From assembly GCA_041662585.1 (NCBI GenBank), contig JBAZSG010000006.1, positions 4,155 to 68,154 of the forward strand: DNA of 64,000 nucleotides, given 5' to 3'. The position numbers and the translations under genes were made by a program. Below, piece by piece: positions 7,856-17,763 of the stretch. The notes under the pieces are model-generated. The model worked only from the letters and a program-made list of their open reading frames with translations, was not told where the DNA came from and ran no database searches. The DNA is from Patescibacteria group bacterium. Lineage in GTDB: Bacteria; Patescibacteriota; Patescibacteriia; UBA1558; GWA2-36-10. How positions within the stretch are numbered: the stretch's first letter is position 1; each line of letters opens with the position of its first letter.

Positions 7856-10800
7856 ATGAGTTTAATAAAAAAACTTTTTGTGTTTTCCTTGGTAATTACC
7901 ACTGTCCTATCATTTAATCCTTTTAATGTTAAGGCAGCCGGTAGTTATGGAGCAGGATCACTTCTTGCTCTACAAGGCGTACAAGGTTCAGCCGTTTATT
8001 ATATTGGTTCAGATGGAATGAAATATGTCTTCCCTGATTCAAAAACATATGCTACTTGGTATGACAATTTTAACGATGTTGTTAGAGTTGACGTAGCTGA
8101 GTTAGACATGTATCCAGACGGCGGAGCTATGACTTATCGTGCTGGTACCAAATTGGTAACTCACGAAAACACAGCCAAAATTTATGCCGTAGGTCCTGGT
8201 GGATTACTTCACTGGATTCCTACAGCAGAAATAGCTGAAGATTTATATGGAGCAAACTGGGCATCTAGAGTACTAGACGTAATTCCAGGATACTTCTCTT
8301 CAAGCTATGTTTCAGGCGCTGATTTATCTGATATGTATCCAAGTGGTACATTATTGCAAATGGGCGAAAACATGTACTATGTAGATGGTACAAGTGTAAG
8401 ACCTTTTGCTGATGCTGATGCCTTTGAAGCAAACAACTTTGCTTATGGTAACTTAATCACAGTTACTAGCGTTTCAGCTTATACATCAGGTACATCAATC
8501 ACTGGTGAAGAGACTGCCCTATCTGGCTTTATGCCAGCTGAAGGCAGTGGTCCAGTTGTCTCAGGTGGCAACTTGACAGTAGCTATTGCTAGTGGCACTC
8601 CAGCCTCTGGAATGGTTGTAGGTGGTGCAGCTCGCGTACCATTTACCAAATTAGCTTTGACTACTGGTAGTCAAGGTGTAACCATTGATACAATGGTTGT
8701 ACAAAGAGGCGGAATTGGTCAAGATGGTGCTTTTGATAGTATCGATATTTTAGATGGTACTACAATGCTTCCATATGATGCCAATTCAAAAACCTTCAAT
8801 TCAAATCACCAAGCTACATTTACCAAAGATTTGGTAATTCCAGCTAATACCACTAAGTATGTTTACTTAGCTGCTAATATGGTTTCTCAGACTACTATTG
8901 GTACTTCTTATGCTGGAGAAGCTCCAGCTCTAGGATTAGCAGCCGTTACTTTAGTTGGAAGTGGTTCAGTAGGCGGTTCATTACCAGTTTATGGTAATAC
9001 TCAAACCTTAAATGGAACCATTGCTATTGGTACCGTTGGAATCCAAAGAGGTTCTTATGGAAATGCCACTTCAACTTCAATTGAAGTTGGTAAAACTGAT
9101 TACACTTTCTTCTCATTTCAAGTAAATCCTTCTTCTGTAGAAGATGTAACTTTCAACCAAGTAGCTGTTTACCAAGAAGGTACAGCAGTATTGGGTGATG
9201 ACATCACCAACATTGAACTGTTAAAAGATGGTGTGAAGGTTGCTGATGGTGTTGTCGATGGTAAGTACGTTACTTTTAGTGGTATTAATACTGTTATTCC
9301 AAAAGGACAAACTTATCAATATGCAGTTAGAGCTGATGTTGACGGCGGTTCACTTAGAACAGTAGACTTGGGTATATATCGCACTACCGATTTATTGGTA
9401 ACTGGTAATACTTATGGTTATAACATCACTCCAAGTTATAGTGGAGCTGGTTCATCATATACTAGTTCTTCAGTTTATAACAAACCAGTATTAAGTGATA
9501 ATCAATTTACCATGTCAAATGGTACTTTGACTGTTGAAAGAGGTAATATAGTTGGTTCTGAAAACATTACCCTTGGTAATGATCAAACATTAGGATCATT
9601 CAAATTCACTGTAAAAGGCGAAGAAATTGATGTTACTGCTTTGACTTTGACAATAGCTTCTTCTGCAACCGCTACTATTGAAGATGCTTTGGCTGGTGTA
9701 AAATTAGTTGATAGCAACGGTACTACCGTAGCTGGTCCAACTGATGTTACCAACAATGCACTTACAGTTGCCTTTACTGACACATTTACTTTACCAGTTG
9801 GTGAAAGTGAATATAAAGTAGTAGGTAATATTGCTAACAATGGTGGTTGGGCAGCTAATGATACTATTTATGCTAGCATCAGTACTCCAGCAACAGCTAT
9901 TACAGCCACTGGTGTTATTACTGGCAATAGTATTACTTCTGGTACAGCCACAGCTATTAATACAAATACCCAGACAGTTAAAGCTGCTTCTTTGACCGTA
10001 ACCAAAGATACCCTACCAACTACAAGCACCGTTATCGCTGGTGCTCAAGATGTAGTATTGGGTTCTTGGACATTTGATACTACAAATTCAGGAGAAGATA
10101 TCAGAATTACATCTTTGGTATTTGCTGCTTCTTCAACAGATGCTACTAACCTAACTGTATATAATGGCGTTTATGGTAGTGGTGGAGTTGCAATGAGCCC
10201 AATTAATTCTGCTCCAACAGTTGCTGATGGTGCTTCTTCAACCTTTGCTTTTGATGAACCAATAGTTATTACCAAGAAGACAAGTAAAACTATCCAATTG
10301 GTAGGTGATATCAATAGTAGTGCTACTACTGGACAAAGTGCTCAATTTGGTTTGACCGATGTAACAGCAGCTACCAACGCTTCAGTTGTAGCTTATGGTG
10401 TAACTACTGGAAATAGAGCTACATTATCTCTTACTGCTGATAATGGTGCTACACTTACTTATTCAGCCGCTGGCGCTGTTACTGTAAGTACATACAACAA
10501 TCCATCAAATGCTATTGCTAGAGCAGGTGCTACTGGCGTTACATTTGGCAGTGTCAAGCTAGATGCTCTATATGAAAATCTAGATTTAGACCAATTGATT
10601 GTTTATGTTGCTGACGGTGCTTTGACTGGTACAGCTACTGGTAATTATGCTGATGTCAACAAAGTATACATTTATGATGGTACTACTTTGTTAGCTTCAA
10701 ATGCTATCCCATCAACTGGTTTGTATACATTCAACTTTGACAATGGTACTTTGACTGTCCCTGTAGACGGTTCAAAGACTTTGACAATCAAAGCTGACTT

Positions 10801-11623
10801 GAGTACTATCAGTCAAGTAAACGATGTACCAGGTACTCCAGCTGCCGACATTGCCTTTGGCTTTGGTGGTACAGATGGATTTAAGTTTACCGGTACTTCT
10901 TCAAATACCACAGCTACAGAGACCTACAATGGTTCTACATCTTCAGCTATGATATTGCATAAAGCATTACCAACTGTTACCGTTGCTCAAAGTAGTGCTG
11001 CTTTAGGTGCTGCTACTACAATGGCTAACGGTGCTTCAGACTTGTATGCTTTCAAAGTCACTGCTGATGCAGCAGGTAGTGAAGTATTACTATACAGAGC
11101 TACATTTGAAATCGCTACTGGTGGTGGCGCAACCGTTACAGTTACCAACTGTTATCTAAAGGATAGTGATGGTAATACTGTAGGTGCTGCTGCTACTCCA
11201 ACTGATGTTGATGGTGCTCCATCTTATGTATCATATGTATTCAACAATCCTGACATCTCAGCTGGTAATACCAAAGAAGCCTTGATGGTTGCTGCTGGTT
11301 CTAGCGAGACTTATAAGTTGAATTGTACTTTAGCTAACGCTGCTTCAGGAGATAATATAGCTGTTGCCTTAGTAGGTGACGTTGCTTCTTCTACTCTAGC
11401 TGCTAGCTTTGGCACCCCATCTGCTACTGGTCAAAACAATGCAGATGCTTGGGCCGCTGTAGACAAAGGAAACTTTGTATGGTCAGATAACTTCAAGAAC
11501 CGTGGCCTAGCCACAGACGGTGCTAATGCTACTGCCTGGGGACAATGGTACAATGGTTACTTGGTATCTGGTCTAGGTACAAGTGGTACTACTACTGCTT
11601 ATACAATTGGTTGGTCAAGCTAA
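7856..11623 (+). CDS. Large secreted S-layer-like / cell-surface protein
   Basis: Signal peptide (VKA/A); N-terminal AVYYIGSDGMKYVFP-type repeats; Thr/Ala/Gly/Ser-rich beta-sandwich-like repeats; distinct codon usage. Confidence 0.8.
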   Translation: MSLIKKLFVFSLVITTVLSFNPFNVKAAGSYGAGSLLALQGVQGSAVYYIGSDGMKYVFPDSKTYATWYDNFNDVVRVDVAELDMYPDGGAMTYRAGTKLVTHENTAKIYAVGPGGLLHWIPTAEIAEDLYGANWASRVLDVIPGYFSSSYVSGADLSDMYPSGTLLQMGENMYYVDGTSVRPFADADAFEANNFAYGNLITVTSVSAYTSGTSITGEETALSGFMPAEGSGPVVSGGNLTVAIASGTPASGMVVGGAARVPFTKLALTTGSQGVTIDTMVVQRGGIGQDGAFDSIDILDGTTMLPYDANSKTFNSNHQATFTKDLVIPANTTKYVYLAANMVSQTTIGTSYAGEAPALGLAAVTLVGSGSVGGSLPVYGNTQTLNGTIAIGTVGIQRGSYGNATSTSIEVGKTDYTFFSFQVNPSSVEDVTFNQVAVYQEGTAVLGDDITNIELLKDGVKVADGVVDGKYVTFSGINTVIPKGQTYQYAVRADVDGGSLRTVDLGIYRTTDLLVTGNTYGYNITPSYSGAGSSYTSSSVYNKPVLSDNQFTMSNGTLTVERGNIVGSENITLGNDQTLGSFKFTVKGEEIDVTALTLTIASSATATIEDALAGVKLVDSNGTTVAGPTDVTNNALTVAFTDTFTLPVGESEYKVVGNIANNGGWAANDTIYASISTPATAITATGVITGNSITSGTATAINTNTQTVKAASLTVTKDTLPTTSTVIAGAQDVVLGSWTFDTTNSGEDIRITSLVFAASSTDATNLTVYNGVYGSGGVAMSPINSAPTVADGASSTFAFDEPIVITKKTSKTIQLVGDINSSATTGQSAQFGLTDVTAATNASVVAYGVTTGNRATLSLTADNGATLTYSAAGAVTVSTYNNPSNAIARAGATGVTFGSVKLDALYENLDLDQLIVYVADGALTGTATGNYADVNKVYIYDGTTLLASNAIPSTGLYTFNFDNGTLTVPVDGSKTLTIKADLSTISQVNDVPGTPAADIAFGFGGTDGFKFTGTSSNTTATETYNGSTSSAMILHKALPTVTVAQSSAALGAATTMANGASDLYAFKVTADAAGSEVLLYRATFEIATGGGATVTVTNCYLKDSDGNTVGAAATPTDVDGAPSYVSYVFNNPDISAGNTKEALMVAAGSSETYKLNCTLANAASGDNIAVALVGDVASSTLAASFGTPSATGQNNADAWAAVDKGNFVWSDNFKNRGLATDGANATAWGQWYNGYLVSGLGTSGTTTAYTIGWSS

Positions 11624-11670
11624 ATAATTCTTATTTAGTGAGATTAATTAATTCAAAGATATACAGAAAC

Positions 11671-11702
11671 ACACCTCTCCCCATTTTGGGGAGGGGTGTT
11701 GT
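11671..11702 (+). terminator. GC-rich hairpin downstream of the S-layer-like gene
   Basis: ACACCTCTCCCCA-TTT-TGGGGAGGGGTGT; weak U tail. Confidence 0.55.
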
Positions 11703-11762
11703 CAAAAACAAGTAAATATAATAGAATTAGCTAGTAATTTTATAGATTAAATTTTTAATACA

Positions 11763-12449
11763 ATGAAAAAAACATACCAAAATTTGATTATTGGAGGCTT
11801 AATATTGTTGGTTATAGCTTTTATATTTGCTTGGACAGCATATTTTAAACAAAACTCAACAAAAATTATAATCCCTGATATAAGCAAAATTTATACTATA
11901 GAAGATTTTTCAGACTCTAGTTTAGACGAAGAGAGTTTACAAAACCTTATCAAGCGTTTAAATAATGATCAAAAATATTTAAGAGAAGGCACCTATGAAA
12001 GCGAAGTACAACGTTATGATATTTGGGTGGATATTGCCAATTTAAAATTTGCTTTAGAAGATTATGATAGTGCAGTAGAGATATGGGAATACGCTATTAC
12101 TTTAAATAATTCAAATCCATTGGCCTTCGCCAATTTGGCCAATTATTATAAATCATTTGCCAATGATTATGAAAAAGCAGCTTATTATTATGATCAAGCT
12201 ATTCAAAAAGATAACGTTGGTTATTATTTTGATTATGAAGCCTATGCAGAATTATATATAAGGTATTTGCCAGAAGATCCACATAGAGTAGAAATTATTA
12301 TGCTTGATGGTGTAGCTAAAGCAGTTGGGAATACTAAATTAAATTTTTATTTGTTTCTTTATAATTATTGGAATGAAAAAGGAGATTCAAATAAGACAGC
12401 ACAATATAAAGATGAAATTTTAAAAATAGACGCTAATTATCAATTTTAA
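11763..12449 (+). CDS. Membrane-anchored TPR protein
   Basis: N-terminal TM; AFANLANYYKSFANDYEKAAYYYDQAIQ TPR-like helices. Confidence 0.75.
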   Translation: MKKTYQNLIIGGLILLVIAFIFAWTAYFKQNSTKIIIPDISKIYTIEDFSDSSLDEESLQNLIKRLNNDQKYLREGTYESEVQRYDIWVDIANLKFALEDYDSAVEIWEYAITLNNSNPLAFANLANYYKSFANDYEKAAYYYDQAIQKDNVGYYFDYEAYAELYIRYLPEDPHRVEIIMLDGVAKAVGNTKLNFYLFLYNYWNEKGDSNKTAQYKDEILKIDANYQF

Positions 12450-12451
12450 TT

Positions 12452-14737
12452 ATGGAAGTGTTAAAAAAAGTTTTGAATAAAGCAATTTGGTTGTTGATTA
12501 TAGGCGCTTTAGTGGTTCCACTTTATGTTGATAGTGATTTTTTCTTTCCTTATATTTTTAGCAAGACATTAGCCTTTAGAATAATAATAGAAATATTATT
12601 ATTGCTATGGTTAATTTATATATTTATAAAGAAAAATAAAATTAATATTGATTGGTTGACAATCACATTTTTTGTGATGTTGGTTTTTATGTATGTTTCG
12701 TCCATTTTTGGGCACAATTTTTCTTTGAGCTTTTGGAGTACAATAGAAAGAGGAGAGGGATTGTTGCTTTGGACGCATTTATTTTTTTATTTTTTTATAT
12801 TACACAATTTTATTCAAGAAAAAAAACAATGGTTGTTGTTGTTTGATGTATTCTTTATTATTGCGCAAGTAGTAGCTGTGGTTGGACTATTGCAGTATGC
12901 TGGAGTAGACTTTATCAATCACTCAGGAGTAGCTGAAGAGCGCATAGCTTCGACTATAGGCAATGCAGCGTATCTAGCTGGTTATTTATTGTTTGCTTTT
13001 TTTATTGGTTTATATTTGATGTTTAAACGTCAAAATATTTGGTTGAGCTTGTATTATTCTATAGCGATTTTGATAGATATTTTTATCGTAATTCAGACTG
13101 GCACTAGGGGAGCATTTTTGGCCTTTATTATTAGTATTTTATTATTTGTTGTATATAATATTTTTAAACTGGCCAATAAAAAAATTAAGTATTATGTATT
13201 ATTTTTAGGTATTTTATTTATTATTTTTTTGGCATTAGTTTTTACTAATAAAGATAGTAGTTTTATACAAAACAACTTACCTTTACGTAGAATAGTTAGC
13301 ATTTCTTTAGAAGAACGTACAGCTCAGACTCGTTTTATGGCCTGGGAGTCTGCTTGGCAAGGATTTAAAGACAGGTCTATTTTGGGACACGGGCAAGAGC
13401 ATTACGCAGTGGTTTTTAATAAATATTTTAATCCAGAAATATATTCTCATGTTGGTTCCAGAATTTGGTTTGATAGAGCACACAATATTTTCTTGGATCA
13501 TTTGGTGACAGGTGGATTAATAGGCTTTATTCTGTATAGTATTTTAATTATTGGACCTATCTGGCTTGTTTTAAAAAAGATATTTGTCAAAAAATCTCAT
13601 GACAATCAGGAAAACGATAATATTTGGGAAAATTTTGCTACACAAATGTTATTTTTGGCAATATTTTCTTTTATATTCCAAGGGCTTTTAGTTTTTGAAG
13701 CACTAGTCACTTATTTGCCTTTATTTTTGATAATCGCTTTTGTGATAAAAGAATATACTGAACCAAAGTTTATAATAGAAAACAGCAAAAAAGTTTTAAT
13801 ATCTTTGATGATATATGCTATTGCTTTTATACCCATAATGTATATTGTGAATATCAAAGAAGCCAAGGCAAATTTGGAGGTGATTGATGCCCTACAATTG
13901 CAATCCATAGATTATAATCAATCAATTGTGGGTTATGAAAAAGTATTGAATTATAATAGTTCTGGTACCAATGAATATCTTCGTCGAATGACAGAATATG
14001 TAGATGGTTTGATAATAAATAGAAATGTCAGTCCTTATGAAGCTACCCAATTTGTAGATATAGTAGATAAAGCATTAGAAAAAAGACTTCAGGAGTTTCC
14101 AGAAGATGTAGCCACTTATTTGTTATTTATGAGACACTACAACTACACTTATGTACTTGATCCAGATAGATTGTACAAAGTTGAAGAATTGGGCAAAAAA
14201 GCTTTGGAATATAGTCCAACTAGACCACAGATATATTATGAATTGGGTTATGCCGATTTGTATTTATATCAGAGAATGATAGAAGATGCTAATACTGATG
14301 AAGCTAAAAAATATCAGGTAGGAACAGTGGACAATTTTCAAAAAGCTATCGATTTAAATAATGATGTGATGGAGTCTTATATCAATATGATTATGGTATT
14401 ATTGACTAGTGATCAGTCAGATAAAGTGCAATCTTATATAGATATTATGGAGAATATGGGCATAGATTATAAAAAAGAGTCATCATTATCTAGAATGGCA
14501 AACTCAGCTTTACATGCTGAAGACTATAAATGGGCTGCTTATTTTAGTGAGTTATTGATAAAAGTAGTGCCAGAAAATCCTGACTATTATATAAATACTG
14601 CCTTAGCTCTAGCATATTTAGGCGATTATGATAGAGCTATTGAAATAGCTGAAGAGATAAAGAATTTTGGTGGGCAATATATTATTCAATCAGAAGAATT
14701 TATTAAAGATATAAAATCAGGAAAATTAACTAAATAA
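12452..14737 (+). CDS. O-antigen ligase / O-oligosaccharyltransferase-like (Wzy_C) protein with C-terminal TPRs
   Basis: RIASTIGNAAYLAGY, TGTRGA, RFMAWESAWQGF..ILGHG, FDRAHNIFLD; many TMs; TPR tail. Confidence 0.85.
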   Translation: MEVLKKVLNKAIWLLIIGALVVPLYVDSDFFFPYIFSKTLAFRIIIEILLLLWLIYIFIKKNKINIDWLTITFFVMLVFMYVSSIFGHNFSLSFWSTIERGEGLLLWTHLFFYFFILHNFIQEKKQWLLLFDVFFIIAQVVAVVGLLQYAGVDFINHSGVAEERIASTIGNAAYLAGYLLFAFFIGLYLMFKRQNIWLSLYYSIAILIDIFIVIQTGTRGAFLAFIISILLFVVYNIFKLANKKIKYYVLFLGILFIIFLALVFTNKDSSFIQNNLPLRRIVSISLEERTAQTRFMAWESAWQGFKDRSILGHGQEHYAVVFNKYFNPEIYSHVGSRIWFDRAHNIFLDHLVTGGLIGFILYSILIIGPIWLVLKKIFVKKSHDNQENDNIWENFATQMLFLAIFSFIFQGLLVFEALVTYLPLFLIIAFVIKEYTEPKFIIENSKKVLISLMIYAIAFIPIMYIVNIKEAKANLEVIDALQLQSIDYNQSIVGYEKVLNYNSSGTNEYLRRMTEYVDGLIINRNVSPYEATQFVDIVDKALEKRLQEFPEDVATYLLFMRHYNYTYVLDPDRLYKVEELGKKALEYSPTRPQIYYELGYADLYLYQRMIEDANTDEAKKYQVGTVDNFQKAIDLNNDVMESYINMIMVLLTSDQSDKVQSYIDIMENMGIDYKKESSLSRMANSALHAEDYKWAAYFSELLIKVVPENPDYYINTALALAYLGDYDRAIEIAEEIKNFGGQYIIQSEEFIKDIKSGKLTK

Positions 14738-17176
14738 ATGTTTTTATTATCAAATAAAGCAGAATCTTATATTGAGAAACTAATAAAAATTATTACACCA
14801 AGTATATTTTTTATTCCTTTAATATTAAATTCAAATTTTTATTTTCCTTTTGTTACACCACGGACATTTTTATTTAGACTGATAGTGACTATTATATTTG
14901 CTTTGTATTTAGTTTTGTTTGTGTTTAGTAAAGAAAAATATAAATCTTTTGGAACTAAAATACTCTTGGCGTATATAAGTTTTGCTTTTATACTTACTTT
15001 ATCTAGTCTTTTTGGTGGTGATTTTTTGTATAGTTTTTGGGAAAATGCAGAGAGAATGGAAGGTTTATTGGGTTTATATTATTTGATAGCCTTTTTTGTT
15101 GTTTTAGTAGGAGTTTATCATCGCAAAAAATCATGGCAATTTTTGCTTTATGTGACTTCTTTTGCTTCTTTTATTATAGCTTATATTGCTCTTTCTCAGG
15201 CTTTGGGCATAGATTTATTACTGGCGTCCTCTGGTGGAGCTAGAGTATCAGCTACTTTGGGCAATCCTACTTATCTGGCTGCTTATGCACTTATTCATAT
15301 GTTTTTGGCAGCTTATCTATTGCTCAAAAATACCAAAAGACGACTTTCTTTTGAATTGATAGGGTTTTATGTCTTGGATTTAATATTAATAATTTTAGAA
15401 ATATTTTCTCGAAATAAAGGAGGAGTAGGTATAATTACTATTATTTTTAGAAATATATATTTGGTGCTTTTATTTTTTGTGCCTCAGCTATTGGTACATT
15501 TAAATTTTTTCTTCCGTCATAGTAAACAAAAATTAGCTCAAATTAGTCGAAAAGCTTATTTTGTGATTTTAATAATATTAAATTTCATTGCTTTATTTAA
15601 TACTCAAACTAGGGGAGCATTGGTGGGTATTTTTGTAGCTTTGTTGACCATAGCTATATTTTTGTTGTTTAGTAAGTATGTACATAAAAAATTAAAATAT
15701 TCAGTAGTCGCTTTATTATTATTTTTTATAATTTTAGTTTCTTCTATATTTGCATTTAAGCAAAGTAGTGTAGTGCAAAACAACAATACCTTGAGAAGAG
15801 TAGCTAGTATTTCTTTGTCTGATGCTACTACCGAGACTAGGTTACTCACTTGGCAAATAAGTATACAGGGTTTTAAAGAAAAACCAATACTTGGTTGGGG
15901 AGAGGATAAATTTTATGTAGTATTTAATAAATATTTTCCAACTGCCATTTTTGAAGACTTTGGTTCACGGGTTTGGTTTGATAGACCACACAATGTATTT
16001 ATCCAACAATTGATACATGGTGGTTTGTTGGGATTATTGGCTTATTTGGCAATATTTTGGTTTGCTTTCAAAAATTTATTTAAGCATTACCAAAAAACCA
16101 AAGACGCAAAGACTATCAGTATTTTTGGTGGACTTATCATCGCCTATATGGTGCAAAACTTTTTTGTTTTTGATAGTCTCAATACCTATATTTTGGTAAT
16201 ATTGATTTTGGCTATTACAGTATTTTTGGGAAATGATAAAAAACCGATAGATACCAAGCAATCAGTGCCTAGTGACAATAAACTTTGGGTAGCTACTGGA
16301 TTGTTTTTATTCATTTTGATTAGCGGATATTATTTAAATATTCCAGCTGCTAAAGCCAACAAAGATTTTGTGGCTATTTATCAGGCTTTGAGAGCTGAGC
16401 CTGCAAATTTACCATTCAACGAAGACCTTAATCAAGAATTAATTGATATAATAAATAGTAATTATTTTGGTAAATTTGAGTTTAGACAAGTATATTCAGA
16501 ATACGCTTATTCTCTTTTACAAGTTCCCGAAGTACCAAATTACAGAAAAGGTAAAACCATGGAACTAGCTGAGGTAGAGCTCTTAAATAGTATAGACGAG
16601 CAGCCAGACAATGTCAGACATCATAGTTTTTTGGCTAATCTTTATTTGGCTGGAGCTAGACTAGATCCAAGTTATGCTCAAAAAAATATCAGATTGGTAG
16701 AAGATAAAGCTTTGATACTCAGCCCTACTAGGACACAACTTTATTATACACTGGGTAGTGCTTATATGACTTTACAAGATAGTGATAAGGCTATAGCCAA
16801 TTTTATCAAAGCCAAAGAATTGTCACCACATGTTTTTGAATCATATCAAAATTTATTTTCAGCTTATTTGAGTACAGATAGAGTAGAAGAAGCCAAACAA
16901 GTCTTGCTTGAAATAGAGGATAATACTCAGCCTTCAGCAGCAAACTATAGTAATTTGGGTCAAATACTCAATTATTTTGGCATGACAGAAGAAGCTGTTA
17001 ATTATATAGAAACAGCTACCTTAACATATCCTCAAGAGAGCAATCTTTTAATTCAGTTGCTAGTTTACTATGATAAGCTAGATGATCAAGTAAAATTGAA
17101 CGAAACATTAGCAAAATTAAAAATACTTGATCCAGCTACAGCTAGTCAAATTGAGATAAATTTAAAAAGTTTATAA
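14738..17176 (+). CDS. O-antigen ligase / O-oligosaccharyltransferase-like protein with TPRs (paralog 2)
   Basis: RVSATLGNPTYLAAY, TQTRGA, RLLTWQISIQGF..ILGWG, FDRPHNVF; TPR tail. Confidence 0.85.
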   Translation: MFLLSNKAESYIEKLIKIITPSIFFIPLILNSNFYFPFVTPRTFLFRLIVTIIFALYLVLFVFSKEKYKSFGTKILLAYISFAFILTLSSLFGGDFLYSFWENAERMEGLLGLYYLIAFFVVLVGVYHRKKSWQFLLYVTSFASFIIAYIALSQALGIDLLLASSGGARVSATLGNPTYLAAYALIHMFLAAYLLLKNTKRRLSFELIGFYVLDLILIILEIFSRNKGGVGIITIIFRNIYLVLLFFVPQLLVHLNFFFRHSKQKLAQISRKAYFVILIILNFIALFNTQTRGALVGIFVALLTIAIFLLFSKYVHKKLKYSVVALLLFFIILVSSIFAFKQSSVVQNNNTLRRVASISLSDATTETRLLTWQISIQGFKEKPILGWGEDKFYVVFNKYFPTAIFEDFGSRVWFDRPHNVFIQQLIHGGLLGLLAYLAIFWFAFKNLFKHYQKTKDAKTISIFGGLIIAYMVQNFFVFDSLNTYILVILILAITVFLGNDKKPIDTKQSVPSDNKLWVATGLFLFILISGYYLNIPAAKANKDFVAIYQALRAEPANLPFNEDLNQELIDIINSNYFGKFEFRQVYSEYAYSLLQVPEVPNYRKGKTMELAEVELLNSIDEQPDNVRHHSFLANLYLAGARLDPSYAQKNIRLVEDKALILSPTRTQLYYTLGSAYMTLQDSDKAIANFIKAKELSPHVFESYQNLFSAYLSTDRVEEAKQVLLEIEDNTQPSAANYSNLGQILNYFGMTEEAVNYIETATLTYPQESNLLIQLLVYYDKLDDQVKLNETLAKLKILDPATASQIEINLKSL

Positions 17177-17184
17177 AAGACAAT

Positions 17185-17226
17185 AAAAATAACCTCGCAG
17201 GTTTTTAAACCTGCGAGGTTATTTTT
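17185..17226. terminator. Perfect 20-bp inverted repeat; bidirectional terminator / REP-like element
   Basis: AAAAATAACCTCGCAGGTTT-TT-AAACCTGCGAGGTTATTTTT between convergent genes. Confidence 0.8.
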
Positions 17227-17236
17227 TAATCTTAAG

Positions 17237-17689
17237 CTAAGCGGACATTATTAATTTTGATTCTTTTTTGGATATTATTTTTTTATCCCCCAAAATATTC
17301 ACTAGAGTATTTACTTTATTATCGTTTTTATGAATAGTACCCATTATATCTACTCTAAGGTCACTTAATTTGTCATCTAAATAGTCTTTTGTGACCATTG
17401 TAGATTTAATATTTACTATTTGTGACTCCATACCATCCATCCTATTATCCATTTTATCGAAGCGTTGATCTATTTTCTCAAAGCGTTGATCTATTTTCTC
17501 AAAGCGTTGATCTATTTTGCTGAATTGGCCTTCCGTATAATTGGCAAAACTGTTAATTGATTTAGCTAATTCGTCAATATTATTAGTGTTTTGGTCTACT
17601 TTTTGTTCTAAACCTCCTACTTTTTTGTCCAAGCCTTGGATTGCTTGGAGTATTTTTTGATTTGATACTTCGCTTTTCTTCTTTTGCAT
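17237..17689 (-). CDS. Coiled-coil heptad-repeat protein
   Basis: KIDQRFE-type heptads, MVTKDYLDDKL; consensus promoter upstream. Confidence 0.8.
   Translation of the reverse strand: MQKKKSEVSNQKILQAIQGLDKKVGGLEQKVDQNTNNIDELAKSINSFANYTEGQFSKIDQRFEKIDQRFEKIDQRFDKMDNRMDGMESQIVNIKSTMVTKDYLDDKLSDLRVDIMGTIHKNDNKVNTLVNILGDKKIISKKESKLIMSA
17460..17518. repeat. 21-bp tandem repeat, about 2.8 copies
   Basis: AAGCGTTGATCTATTTTCTCA unit, encoding EKIDQRF on the minus strand. Confidence 0.9.
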
Positions 17690-17719
17690 AGTATTAATAT
17701 TAATTATTTAGGTCACTAT

Positions 17720-17748
17720 ATTATATAATAGTCATTTTAAAGTGTCAA
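17720..17748 (-). promoter_or_regulatory. Consensus sigma70 promoter
   Basis: Minus strand TTGACA-17bp-TATAAT. Confidence 0.75.
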
Positions 17749-17763
17749 TTTTAGCTTATTTTG

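Noticed and set aside
17460-17518. Possible CRISPR array
   Set aside because: Contiguous 21-bp coding repeats without spacers; no cas genes in the window
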